From an uncultured virus (IMG/VR IMGVR_UViG_3300025809_000009) (lineage: Duplodnaviria; Heunggongvirae; Uroviricota; Caudoviricetes), in IMG/VR virus record IMGVR_UViG_3300025809_000009: a stretch of DNA of 64,000 nt; one strand, 5' to 3'. Under the pieces are notes generated by a model. That model saw only the letters and a program-made list of their open reading frames with translations. It did no database searches and was not told the DNA's origin. Within the stretch, counting starts at the first letter, position 1, and each line of letters begins with the position of its first letter. Position numbers and translations under genes: made by a program. This document shows, one piece after another, positions 19,163 through 28,823 of the stretch.

Positions 19163-20665
19163 ATGAGATATTATTTACTACTTACATTTTTTTATTTTAA
19201 TTTATTTGCAACTTCTTACGAAACGATTCATAATAGTGGATCATCTGATAATAGACTAGATTTAGTATTTATTGGTGATAGATATTTCGCTGATGAGATG
19301 GTTGATTATGAAAAAGATGTTGAAACCATATGGTCGGGGATGCAAAGCAACTACGCCTTCTGGAATAGGTATAAAAATTTTGTTAATGTTCATAGAATAG
19401 ACCTTGTTAGCACTTTAAATAATCCAGACGATATAAAAGACGTTAACAATTCTGCATTTGGGCTTGATTTTAATCTTGGATATTGGGATGGCTGGAATGA
19501 TTGGTTGAAATGCTTATCGATCACAGATGAGCTCAACATAGGAAATGAATGCACTACCATTTTAACAAATAGGGTTTTTGGGCTCGGTACAGCGCTCGAC
19601 AGAAGCTCTACAAGCTTAATCTATGCTGCACCATGGACGAGTATAGTGTCGCATGAAATAGGGCATGTCCTGGGCATGGCGGGAGATGAATACCAAACTA
19701 CTATACAAGAATATATGTATGACTATGCGTTCAACATGGCAAGATCATCAGAAGAGGCAAAGCAGAGATGGGGTCATTGGATTGGGTACAAAGATTCCTT
19801 TCGTGGATATGAAATTAATGAGCCATATCAAAAAGAAGGAGCAAATTATTTTAAACCAACATCTTATGACGGATTAATGAACAACTCAAATACTGGAGAT
19901 TTTCACGCGGTAAACAGAGAGCAAATTATTCTACAGCTTTATAAATATGTTTCTCCAATAGACAGCTATACAGAAACAAACTCTAGCGTAAACAATACTC
20001 ATACTTTAGAAATTAATGTTGTAGATCCTAGTGTGGTTGATATTGCGTGGATTATTGATAGCAAGATCGTGTCAAGCGAATCAACCCTACAAATTAGCCA
20101 ATTAAATTTATCTCAGGACACATTAATTTATGGGTATGCATGGGATAACTCCTTGAATATAGATTACCAAAAAGATGATCGTGGAGGATGGATCAGAAAC
20201 GATGAACATAATCGAACTTTCAGGATATTATCTTGGCAATTTAAAACCGATAACTCGATCAAAGAAATTCATTCTCAGTCAAGCAATAAAGATTATCTTT
20301 CCTTGGTTCTTGAAGCAACAACCGCAGTCCAGTATTTTGATCAAGAATTATTGTCTAAATCTACTGGCCCTGACGTCAGCGACGAAACAAATTCTGAAAA
20401 TACCCAATCAGCTATCGAGGTGGCCACAGAAGAAGTTTCTCAGGAAGTTACCTCGCTTGGATGGCAGAGTACTTGGCTTGGAGATTATTTACCATTCTCA
20501 AATGGGTGGATTTACCACGCAAAAATCTACTGGATGTATATCCAGCCAGATAGTCAAGATGGCGTGTGGGGTTATATCATAAACTATGGATGGATGTGGT
20601 CAAACCCTAGAATATATCCTTATTTTTACGCAAACAGCACTAAAGAGTGGATATATATTAATTAA
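19163..20665 (+). CDS. secreted M64-family (IgA peptidase-like) zinc metallopeptidase
   Basis: Signal peptide; NRLDLVFIGD, YKNFVNV and HEIGHxxGxxxDEY motifs; Trp-rich C-terminal WLGxY..GWIYH domain. Confidence 0.75.
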   Translation: MRYYLLLTFFYFNLFATSYETIHNSGSSDNRLDLVFIGDRYFADEMVDYEKDVETIWSGMQSNYAFWNRYKNFVNVHRIDLVSTLNNPDDIKDVNNSAFGLDFNLGYWDGWNDWLKCLSITDELNIGNECTTILTNRVFGLGTALDRSSTSLIYAAPWTSIVSHEIGHVLGMAGDEYQTTIQEYMYDYAFNMARSSEEAKQRWGHWIGYKDSFRGYEINEPYQKEGANYFKPTSYDGLMNNSNTGDFHAVNREQIILQLYKYVSPIDSYTETNSSVNNTHTLEINVVDPSVVDIAWIIDSKIVSSESTLQISQLNLSQDTLIYGYAWDNSLNIDYQKDDRGGWIRNDEHNRTFRILSWQFKTDNSIKEIHSQSSNKDYLSLVLEATTAVQYFDQELLSKSTGPDVSDETNSENTQSAIEVATEEVSQEVTSLGWQSTWLGDYLPFSNGWIYHAKIYWMYIQPDSQDGVWGYIINYGWMWSNPRIYPYFYANSTKEWIYIN

Positions 20666-20855
20666 TATTTTTTTTACTTTTTATTCTTTTAATTTCATCT
20701 GGTAATATTTTAATTACCTTGTCTGTTTTATTATCCATCATTAATTCGGCTGGAGTTGATCCATTTAGCTTTGCATTTTCTGATTTAAGCCAGCATGTTG
20801 ATTGATAGGAATTTAAGCTTTTACTAAGAAGCTGTAGTATTGATTTCTGTGACAT
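20658..20855 (-). CDS. Xre/MbcA/ParS antitoxin C-terminal domain protein
   Basis: WLxxxNxxLxGxTPxEL signature (WLKSENAKLNGSTPAEL). Confidence 0.7.
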   Translation of the reverse strand: MSQKSILQLLSKSLNSYQSTCWLKSENAKLNGSTPAELMMDNKTDKVIKILPDEIKRIKSKKNIN

Positions 20856-20912
20856 TAACTTATATTACACTGAAATAAGCATTTTTAAAATTTAACGGGT
20901 GTATATATAGGC

Positions 20913-21347
20913 ATGGGACCGATATTGAATACAATAATTGGGGCTGGAATAAAGCTTGCGTGCAACCTAATAAATTCTTGGTTGGAGCAGAAAAGACAAG
21001 ATCAGTTGGCACTGGCAGCAAGGGACGATAAAATGCTACAAGCATTGATTGACGGTCAGGATAAAAACTCGAGCGATCCTTTTGTGAAGGTAACGAGGAG
21101 AATTTTGTTTATGAGTATCACTTTTACAATGTGTTTTTTGATGATATATTACGCAATGAATCCTCACATAGTATATAATGTTATTGTTCCGAAGGGTGAT
21201 GGGGCGAAGTGGGGCTTTTTTGGTTGGGTGCTTGGGGGAAAAGATTGGGAGATGGTTCAAATGACAGGAGGGTTAATGCTCGCCTCGTTTATGGATCTAT
21301 GCTTTATGGTTGTCGGTTTTTACGCTATACCAAGTAAAAGAAGATGA
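20913..21347 (+). CDS. membrane protein, holin-like
   Basis: 2-3 TM segments, TRR motif, basic C-terminus; late motif upstream. Confidence 0.5.
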   Translation: MGPILNTIIGAGIKLACNLINSWLEQKRQDQLALAARDDKMLQALIDGQDKNSSDPFVKVTRRILFMSITFTMCFLMIYYAMNPHIVYNVIVPKGDGAKWGFFGWVLGGKDWEMVQMTGGLMLASFMDLCFMVVGFYAIPSKRR

Positions 21348-21610
21348 GGTGGCTGTTTTTTCTCGTGTTTTTGCTGTGCTCTTGTAGCGTTAATAAGGTT
21401 TATAAGCCAAACCCTACGCCTAAACCCGTCATTTCTTCTGAATTTAACAATATAGACAAGAATAACGATTCGATGATTTCTGTAGTCGAATACCTGGATC
21501 TAAAATCTGCACCTTACGATTATGAAGGGCCAGCTATGTGGTTTTCTGTTATTTTGTTTTTTGTATTTCTGTTTTCTTCAGTTTTAGCGTATATTATTAA
21601 TAAGAAATGA
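21344..21610 (+). CDS. lipoprotein with EF-hand and C-terminal TM (u-spanin-like topology)
   Basis: LLCSC lipobox, DKNNDSMISVVE loop, C-terminal hydrophobic helix. Confidence 0.5.
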   Translation: MRWLFFLVFLLCSCSVNKVYKPNPTPKPVISSEFNNIDKNNDSMISVVEYLDLKSAPYDYEGPAMWFSVILFFVFLFSSVLAYIINKK

Positions 21611-22197
21611 ATACTGGACTAGATGTAATTAGCGTGCTTACTGGACTCGTCTCTGCTGCAACTGCGGTATTGGGAGTCTGGATAAAGTTTAAACTTGACG
21701 AAAAAAAACATAAACAATTAAATTATGACCCCGCCTCTCACAGTAATATAATTACCGCCCTGCAATATGTTGCTGACGAGACTTCTGCTGATCGGGCTTA
21801 TATACTAGAGTTCCATAATGGAGAGCAATATTTCTCTGGCAGGGGTCAGCAAAAACTTAGCTGCACATATGAGATCGTGGGAGATGGAATAAGCATTGAA
21901 TGCCAAAACCTGCAGAACTTAAGAATTTCCAATTTACATGGATTAGTAGAGCAAATAGCTCAAGAAAAAACATTCGAGTGCGCTGATGTCGAAAGCTACA
22001 AGGGCGATTTTTCTTTTAGATCTTTCCTTATAAGCAAAGGGGTTAAAAGCATGTTTGCTCGACCAATCAAAACACTGAATGGTAAGATTATTGGCGTGAT
22101 TTGTGTTGAATATGTAAAAGAGAATAGAAAATGGAGCGAAGACTCCGAAGATTTCATAAGGAAGCAATCAAGGGTTATTAGCGGCTATTTGATATAA
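21607..22197 (+). CDS. TM plus GAF-domain protein (T4 holin T-like architecture)
   Basis: N-terminal TM; ADRAYILEFHNG...GVKSMFARPI...IIGVICVEY GAF-like fold. Confidence 0.6.
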   Translation: MNTGLDVISVLTGLVSAATAVLGVWIKFKLDEKKHKQLNYDPASHSNIITALQYVADETSADRAYILEFHNGEQYFSGRGQQKLSCTYEIVGDGISIECQNLQNLRISNLHGLVEQIAQEKTFECADVESYKGDFSFRSFLISKGVKSMFARPIKTLNGKIIGVICVEYVKENRKWSEDSEDFIRKQSRVISGYLI

Positions 22198-22224
22198 TTT
22201 TTTTTAAAGCTATAATATATTATT

Positions 22225-22605
22225 ATGGCTTTTTCTTATTGTCCCCATTGTGGTTTTAAAAATATGTACTCCCTCAAGGCTCCGAATTTTTGCGGTGGCT
22301 GCGGTGAAGGTTTAAATATATTGTCTGCAGCAAAACAAACGTCGCCTACAACAACCAGCGCTAAGCAGGGCGTAAAAAAGTTGTTGCCTAAACGAAGCAG
22401 GCCCGCTCCCTCTCAGGATGATGATCCTGATGGACTGGATATATATGAGGTTCCGAATATATCGAAACTGTCTTATTCAATAGAAAGAGATAGTAATAAA
22501 TTTAACTTAAAGGACATTATTCCTGTGGAGCAATTTCAAGACTTCAAGGAAGAAAAACCCAAAGCCAAGAACAAAAAAACTCGTGGCCGACCAAGAAAAA
22601 ACTAA
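22225..22605 (+). CDS. zinc-ribbon protein
   Basis: CPHCG...FCGGCG; C-terminal RGRPRK AT-hook-like motif. Confidence 0.65.
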   Translation: MAFSYCPHCGFKNMYSLKAPNFCGGCGEGLNILSAAKQTSPTTTSAKQGVKKLLPKRSRPAPSQDDDPDGLDIYEVPNISKLSYSIERDSNKFNLKDIIPVEQFQDFKEEKPKAKNKKTRGRPRKN

Positions 22606-23326
22606 CTTTACTTACGAGGACAAATCTTTGGAAATTGATTTGGAAATAAAAAAGAGAAGAGGCAAGTGGTTTCTTGATTCATTGGCCTGGTTTGATTTTG
22701 AGGATGTTGAGCAAATCATTAGGGCGCATATTCATAAAAAATGGCACCAATGGGACCAAAGAAGGTCTCTAAAGCCCTGGATGAATAAAATAATAACTAA
22801 CCAAATGAAGAATATTTTGCGCAATAATTACAGTAATTTTGTTCGGCCCTGTTTGAATTGCCCGTTTAACCAGTCTTGCGCAACCAAAGATGGAGGCGAG
22901 TCTTCGTTGTGCGGGTTCACCAAAAGCGGTTCGCAAGACTCTTCCTGCCCATTATATGCCAAATGGGAGAGAACAAAGAAGTCTGCCTACGGAATCAAAA
23001 TGGCACTAACCCTCGAAAACCATTCTAATGAAGTTCAAGCTATGGAGGATAATAATTATAGCATTATCGATGCTCAGAAAAAACTCAACTATTTCATGAA
23101 GAAAGAGCTGTCTGAGAAGCAGTATTTAGTTTACGAATTATTATTTATAGATAATATGGATGAAGAAGAGGTAGCTGGAAAAATGGGCTACAAGACTTCC
23201 GAGAAGGGGCGTAAGGCTGGCTACAAACAAATTAAAAATTTAAAGAAGATATTCAAGCAAAAAGCTCAAGAAATTTTAGAAAAAGAAGATGTAATTCCCG
23301 ATACAAAAGTTATAGCATGGATTTAA
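22583..23326 (+). CDS. phage RNA polymerase sigma factor (ECF-like) with Cys-rich insert
   Basis: Region 2 DFEDVEQ...WD...LKPWMNKIITNQMKNILR; region 4 LSEKQYLVYEL...EEVAGKMG. Confidence 0.7.
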   Translation: MADQEKTNFTYEDKSLEIDLEIKKRRGKWFLDSLAWFDFEDVEQIIRAHIHKKWHQWDQRRSLKPWMNKIITNQMKNILRNNYSNFVRPCLNCPFNQSCATKDGGESSLCGFTKSGSQDSSCPLYAKWERTKKSAYGIKMALTLENHSNEVQAMEDNNYSIIDAQKKLNYFMKKELSEKQYLVYELLFIDNMDEEEVAGKMGYKTSEKGRKAGYKQIKNLKKIFKQKAQEILEKEDVIPDTKVIAWI

Positions 23327-24369
23327 CAGAAGAACAAGAAAGAATTGTCTCAGAGAACGGTTCAACAATAAGCGACTTAACTGAGTTAACTAAATTAGCT
23401 TTTCCTGGAGAAGAAAATATAGACGGAAGAAGTAAGCAGGGGAGAGCCGTTAGGGCATTTATGGTCCAGCAGGGAATTAATTACGACACAAAACATATAT
23501 ACCCGAAAGACAATATACAATTATCAGATTCTCAGCGAGAGTTTATTTCTAACTCTTCTCGGGACGGTATGAACGCATTACAAATCGCTACTGTATTATT
23601 TCCAGAAATACGGATTACCCGAAACTCAAAAGAGTACTCTTCTGTTTTGGAGTATATTGAAAGTCAGGATTCGCTAGATTTACACCCTTCCGAAAACGCT
23701 GTAAATAGAAAATATTCTGCCCCAAAAGCCGTAAGCAAAATAATCAAAAAAATCAACGACTACTGTCAGAAAAATATTGAAGAGGCAAAGTTAAATATAG
23801 GGCAAAAAAAAGCTATCGAATCATTAGGGGCTTTTTTATCTTCTCCTCGATTTACTCAAGTTATAAATAATTATGACAGCATGGAGGATCGAGATTTATT
23901 CGAGGCAGAATTCGTAAGAGCTACCTGGGATAAACCTGATTTGAGTAATGATGAAATTAATTTATATATTAATGTTTGCATGGATTATATTCATTTAAAA
24001 AACATCCAAGGAGCTATGAGCAAGTTGAATAGAATGTTCAATGACGCAGAAGACCAGCAAGATCTAACCGTCAGGCTGGCAGAGCTTTTGAAGACAAAGA
24101 GCGAAGAGTATAACCAGTGCGAAAAAAGGATGGAGTCTTTAATTCAAAAATTACAAGGGGATAGGTCAAAAAGAGTGTCATCCCAGCAAAAGCAAAATTC
24201 TAGCATACTAGCTTTGGTTCAACTATTCCAAGAAGAGGAAGAACGTAAGGTGATGATAAAAATAGCAAACATGCAAAGAAAAGCCGCCAAGGAAGAGGCT
24301 GACAATCTTGAATCTATGCCCGACTGGAAGGCTAGGGTTCTTGGGGTATCTAAAGACGATGTCGTATGA
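23317..24369 (+). CDS. hypothetical protein of the packaging operon (possible terminase small subunit)
   Basis: 350 aa, helical with coiled-coil C-terminus; upstream of terL. Confidence 0.5.
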   Translation: MDLTEEQERIVSENGSTISDLTELTKLAFPGEENIDGRSKQGRAVRAFMVQQGINYDTKHIYPKDNIQLSDSQREFISNSSRDGMNALQIATVLFPEIRITRNSKEYSSVLEYIESQDSLDLHPSENAVNRKYSAPKAVSKIIKKINDYCQKNIEEAKLNIGQKKAIESLGAFLSSPRFTQVINNYDSMEDRDLFEAEFVRATWDKPDLSNDEINLYINVCMDYIHLKNIQGAMSKLNRMFNDAEDQQDLTVRLAELLKTKSEEYNQCEKRMESLIQKLQGDRSKRVSSQQKQNSSILALVQLFQEEEERKVMIKIANMQRKAAKEEADNLESMPDWKARVLGVSKDDVV

Positions 24370-25301
24370 GCGCACCAAAAGGCGAATTTATTTGTAAGGT
24401 TTGCTCGCAACCCTTCTCCTCGGAGAAGAGTATGCATGCTCATTTAAAATCTCATAAAATAATACTTGCAGAATATTATACAAAATATTATCCTCGTTAT
24501 AATTTATTTACTAAAGAACCCTTGCCATTTAAGAATAAGGATGATTATTTTAACAGAGACTTTTCTACATATGAACAATTGATAAGTTGGTGCGAGAAAA
24601 CAGAACCATCAGAGGTAAAAGAATATATAATTAATTTATTAAAAAAAAGAGTCGCCGCTAAAGGTTTAAAGTTTGCCCCTTCACATGTTGAATTAATGAT
24701 TAATCACATGCCCACTATAGATGTTTTTCAAAAACACTATGGGTCTTATACTGCTGCTTGCGACGCTATAGGAATAAAGCCTATGTTTGGCGAAAGATTG
24801 CCGGAATCATTCAAGCAGAAAATAGACCCGAAAATGAAAATATTTGTAGACACTAGAGAGCAGCAGCCTCTAACTTTCCCCAACTCGGAACCTATGAAGC
24901 TAGAATTTGGAGATTACGCTGTGGGCGGGGCGGATTATGATTATACCTATGTGGACCGAAAGGGAGAGCAGGATTTTAAATCCACACTCAGCAAAAACAA
25001 CTTAGATCGCTTTGAGTATGAACTTCAGAGAACAAAAGATTTTGATAGTTATTTATTCGTAGCTGTAGAAAGCGACTTAGCGCAAATAGAATCCAACAAT
25101 AGGCGCGGGGCACACAAATCTAATTTAAAATACATTTATCATAACATGAGAGTGCTAAATCATCAATTCTCGGGAAACTGTCAGTTTATATTTACCGGCA
25201 GTAGAGAAAAATCAGAAGAGTTTATACCTAAATTATTGAAGCTTGGAAAGAAACTGTGGAACGTTGACCTTCAATATTATATAGACAAAGGGTTAATATA
25301 A
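24366..25301 (+). CDS. C2H2 zinc-finger plus ERCC4/XPF-type nuclease
   Basis: CKVC-x12-HLKSH; VDTREQ, GDY and DRKGEQD (ERKxxxD variant). Confidence 0.75.
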   Translation: MSAPKGEFICKVCSQPFSSEKSMHAHLKSHKIILAEYYTKYYPRYNLFTKEPLPFKNKDDYFNRDFSTYEQLISWCEKTEPSEVKEYIINLLKKRVAAKGLKFAPSHVELMINHMPTIDVFQKHYGSYTAACDAIGIKPMFGERLPESFKQKIDPKMKIFVDTREQQPLTFPNSEPMKLEFGDYAVGGADYDYTYVDRKGEQDFKSTLSKNNLDRFEYELQRTKDFDSYLFVAVESDLAQIESNNRRGAHKSNLKYIYHNMRVLNHQFSGNCQFIFTGSREKSEEFIPKLLKLGKKLWNVDLQYYIDKGLI

Positions 25302-27172
25302 TGAGCTGGGAGGTAGGCAACCAAGAATCAAGAAGTCCCGACAGAGACTTTAACGAAAAGCTTTTAGAGATGAAGGGGTATCTTGAAGAAAGAGAAGCTA
25401 AAATACTACTCTATAAATTCTTAAGAGAAAATATAACCTTTACTACGGATTTAATTTCAGGAGTGAAGCTGTTTCCTTTTCAACATATGGCCATAAAAGC
25501 CATGTTTGAAACCGATTATTTCATGGGAGTGTGGAGTCGGGGAATGAGTAAGTCTTTTACTACTGCTATATACGCATATCTAGAAGCAATAATGAACCAG
25601 GGCGTAGAAATCGGCATACTTTCAAAGTCTTTTCGTCAGGCCAAAATGATATTTAAAAAAATAGAAGATATCGCTTCAAAGCCTGAGGCAATGTATCTTT
25701 CTCAATGTATAACTCATAAATCAAAAAGTAATGACGAGTGGCTTCTTGAGATTGGCAGCTCAAGAATTCGAGCCCTGCCCTTGGGGGACGGAGAAAAGCT
25801 TCGGGGCTTTCGTTTTCACAGGATAATTATTGACGAATTTGCATTAATGCCCGAGCGAATTTATAATGAAGTTATAATACCGTTTTTGAGTGTTGTAGAA
25901 AACCCAACTCAAAGAGAAGATATTTATAATGTAGAAACTGAATTAATCAGACAAGGAAAGCTTCAGGAGAGCGATCGGCATATTTGGCCAAATAATAAAC
26001 TTATAGCTCTTTCTTCTGCTAGTTATAAATTTGAATATATGTATAAAGCCTATGAGCAGTTTGAAAATTTAATTCAGATTGGGGGAAACAAGCAGTCGGA
26101 CGCTCACAGAACCATCATGCAGTTCAGCTATGACTGTGCTCCCCGGCAGCTATACGATCAAAATTTAATTAGTCAAGCAAAGTCAACCATGAGTCAGAGT
26201 CAGTTCGATAGGGAGTTTGGAGCGATATTTACTGATGATAGTTCTGGATATTTTAAGACCTCTAAAATGGCAGCATGCACATTAAAGGACGGAGAAAACC
26301 CATGCACGGAAATAGTTGGCAGTCCTGGAGATAAATATATTCTCGCTTTTGATCCTAGCTGGGCGGAAAGTGAAAGCAGCGATGATTTTGCCATGATGGT
26401 TATAAAACTAAACGAAGAAAAAAAGATTGGAGTCGTAGTTCATAGCTACGCTTTGGCTGGTGCAAATTTAAGACAACATATAAATTATTTTTATTATTTA
26501 TTAAATCACTTTAATATTGTATCTATTGTAGGAGATTATAATGGAGGAGTTCAGTTTATTAATGCTGCAAATGAAAGCAGCTTGTTTAAGAAGAATAAAC
26601 TAAATATACAATGCTTAAATACAAACTTTGATGACATAGAAAATTATCAACAAAAATTAATAGAAGGTAAGCGCGAATATAATTTAGAAAATAAAACTAT
26701 TTGTTACTTAAGAAAGCCTACTAGCCAGTGGATCCGTCGAGCAAATGAACTTCTGCAGTCGAACTTTGATCACAGAAGAATACTGTTTGGTTCTCGAGCT
26801 ATTGATGATTCGTACAACGAGCAAAGAAGAAAAAAAATACCGATAGATAAAATCGAATTTTTAAAAACCTCTCAATCACAAGAGAGGCAAACTAATTCCG
26901 CGAAAATGATAGACTTTGTTGAGCACCAATTTGACATGATGAATTTGGTGAAAACGCAATGCTCTTTGGTTCAGATAACAACATCCTCCGCAGGCACTCA
27001 AAGTTTTGACTTGCCTTCGAGCTTGAGGCGCCAAACTGGGCCAGAGAAAGCGAGGAAAGATAGTTATTCCGCATTGGTTCTTGGAAATTGGATGGTTAAA
27101 CTTTATTATGATATGATGGATTCAAAAATAGAGACAGTCTCTGCGACCTTTACTCCCATGTTTATAAAGTGA
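25301..27172 (+). CDS. terL: terminase large subunit
   Basis: LFPFQ, SRGMSKS Walker A, LRGFR..IIIDE Walker B, LSSA, LAFDPS nuclease motif, RKDSYSA. Confidence 0.88.
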   Translation: MSWEVGNQESRSPDRDFNEKLLEMKGYLEEREAKILLYKFLRENITFTTDLISGVKLFPFQHMAIKAMFETDYFMGVWSRGMSKSFTTAIYAYLEAIMNQGVEIGILSKSFRQAKMIFKKIEDIASKPEAMYLSQCITHKSKSNDEWLLEIGSSRIRALPLGDGEKLRGFRFHRIIIDEFALMPERIYNEVIIPFLSVVENPTQREDIYNVETELIRQGKLQESDRHIWPNNKLIALSSASYKFEYMYKAYEQFENLIQIGGNKQSDAHRTIMQFSYDCAPRQLYDQNLISQAKSTMSQSQFDREFGAIFTDDSSGYFKTSKMAACTLKDGENPCTEIVGSPGDKYILAFDPSWAESESSDDFAMMVIKLNEEKKIGVVVHSYALAGANLRQHINYFYYLLNHFNIVSIVGDYNGGVQFINAANESSLFKKNKLNIQCLNTNFDDIENYQQKLIEGKREYNLENKTICYLRKPTSQWIRRANELLQSNFDHRRILFGSRAIDDSYNEQRRKKIPIDKIEFLKTSQSQERQTNSAKMIDFVEHQFDMMNLVKTQCSLVQITTSSAGTQSFDLPSSLRRQTGPEKARKDSYSALVLGNWMVKLYYDMMDSKIETVSATFTPMFIK

Positions 27173-27187
27173 GTGTATTAAACTGAA

Positions 27188-28804
27188 ATGTCTTTACCTT
27201 ATAAGTATACAACAAAGTTCGATAATGTTATTTGCGCATCCAGTCAAATGCAAGAATCGCAAATTAGCAAAGCTTCTATAGAGTCTCTTCGCCCATTGAT
27301 TCCTTCTGATATAAATTTAGATAAGAATATAGATTTGCTTGCTGTGGCGTTTAATGCTGCGGTAGTAAATAAATTCAATAAAAACGGGGACGGTATAGAT
27401 AGTGAAACAGCTGTAGCTGTTAAAGATTATTTTGTACATAAACCGACAAACATTGAACACGACAGGGATAGAATTGTTGGGCATATAGTTTCTGCTGGGT
27501 TTTCTGAGTATAGTCAATACTCCGAATTAATCAGCGAAGAGGCGGCTTTAATTAAGGATGAGCCTTTTAATATAGCGCTCGCTGCAGTTGTATACAAAAC
27601 CGCAAGCAAAGAGTTTGCTGAGTTGGTCGTTAATTCCACGGATCAAGAAAGCGATTTCTTTCAGACTGTATCCGCAAGCTGGGAGGTTGGCTTTAATGAG
27701 TATGTTGTTAGTGTCGGTGGAGATGACTTACTGGACTCTAGTATTATATCCGACCCGGAAGAAATAAAAGCTTACGCTCCGTATCTAAAGTCTTCGGGAG
27801 GAAAAGGGCAATTACAAGACGGGCGGAAAGTTAACCGATTAATTGTTGGAGATATATATCCGCTTGGAATAGGTTTTACATCGAATCCAGCTGCAGACGT
27901 AAAAGGGCTTGTCGCCGAGAGCGGGCAGGTTCAAGCTGATAAGCCTAGCCGCAACCAACCGATCGACAAAATAATTATTAAAAGCAAAAAAACTTCCCAA
28001 TCGAAAAAACAAGATGTACTAAACAAAGAACAACATAAAAATTTAATTATGGATACAAAACAAATTATCAACGAATTCCGAGCAGCTTTAGACGAAAAGC
28101 TTGGCAAGCAAGATTTCTCAGAAGAAACTGTCGCTAGCATTTCTAAGGTTTTTAGTGACGCAATAAAAGAAAAAAGCGAACAGTATATTGCGGATCTAGA
28201 AAAAGCCAAGGCTGAAAAAGAAGAAGCTTCTCAAGCTCAAGCTTCTCTTCAAGAAAAAATGCTTGAAGTGGAAGAGCAATTAAAATCAACGAAAGATAAA
28301 CTTATTGCTTTAGAGCAAGAAAATTCCTCGCGAGAAGCTGAGGTTAGATTTAATTCTAGAATGGAAGCTCTTAGCGAAGTGTACGATCTTGATGATGAAG
28401 ATCTTAAGATTTTAGCTTCAGAACTCGCTCAAGTTGATGAATCAGAAGAAGGATTTGCTTCTTATCAAGAAAAACTTTCCAAGGTTTGGAAGCATAAAAA
28501 TAAAGATTTTATCGCTGCAGAGCAAAAAGCTTTCGAGGAAAGAGTGGCTCAAGAAGTCTCTAAGAGACTCGAAACTCTTGAAGCTTCCCAAACTGAAGGC
28601 TCTTCAGAAGAAACCGCACAAGTTGCAGAAGCTTCTGAAACAGAAGAACAAGACTCTTCTGACGAAGTCGAAGATGCTTTAGAAAACGTACAGGTCGAAG
28701 ATGCAGCTGTTGTTAATAACAACGAATCTTCTTCCGAAGCCCCCTCCTCCCTTCGCGATCGTTTCGCCAAGACTTTTAAGGAGTCGGTTAAAATTTCATA
28801 CTAA
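27188..28804 (+). CDS. prohead protease / scaffold fusion
   Basis: NKNGD, NIEHD, SASWE and GIGFTSNPAA protease motifs, then a long acidic coiled coil. Confidence 0.7.
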   Translation: MSLPYKYTTKFDNVICASSQMQESQISKASIESLRPLIPSDINLDKNIDLLAVAFNAAVVNKFNKNGDGIDSETAVAVKDYFVHKPTNIEHDRDRIVGHIVSAGFSEYSQYSELISEEAALIKDEPFNIALAAVVYKTASKEFAELVVNSTDQESDFFQTVSASWEVGFNEYVVSVGGDDLLDSSIISDPEEIKAYAPYLKSSGGKGQLQDGRKVNRLIVGDIYPLGIGFTSNPAADVKGLVAESGQVQADKPSRNQPIDKIIIKSKKTSQSKKQDVLNKEQHKNLIMDTKQIINEFRAALDEKLGKQDFSEETVASISKVFSDAIKEKSEQYIADLEKAKAEKEEASQAQASLQEKMLEVEEQLKSTKDKLIALEQENSSREAEVRFNSRMEALSEVYDLDDEDLKILASELAQVDESEEGFASYQEKLSKVWKHKNKDFIAAEQKAFEERVAQEVSKRLETLEASQTEGSSEETAQVAEASETEEQDSSDEVEDALENVQVEDAAVVNNNESSSEAPSSLRDRFAKTFKESVKISY

Positions 28805-28823
28805 TATATAGAAGAAAAAAATT

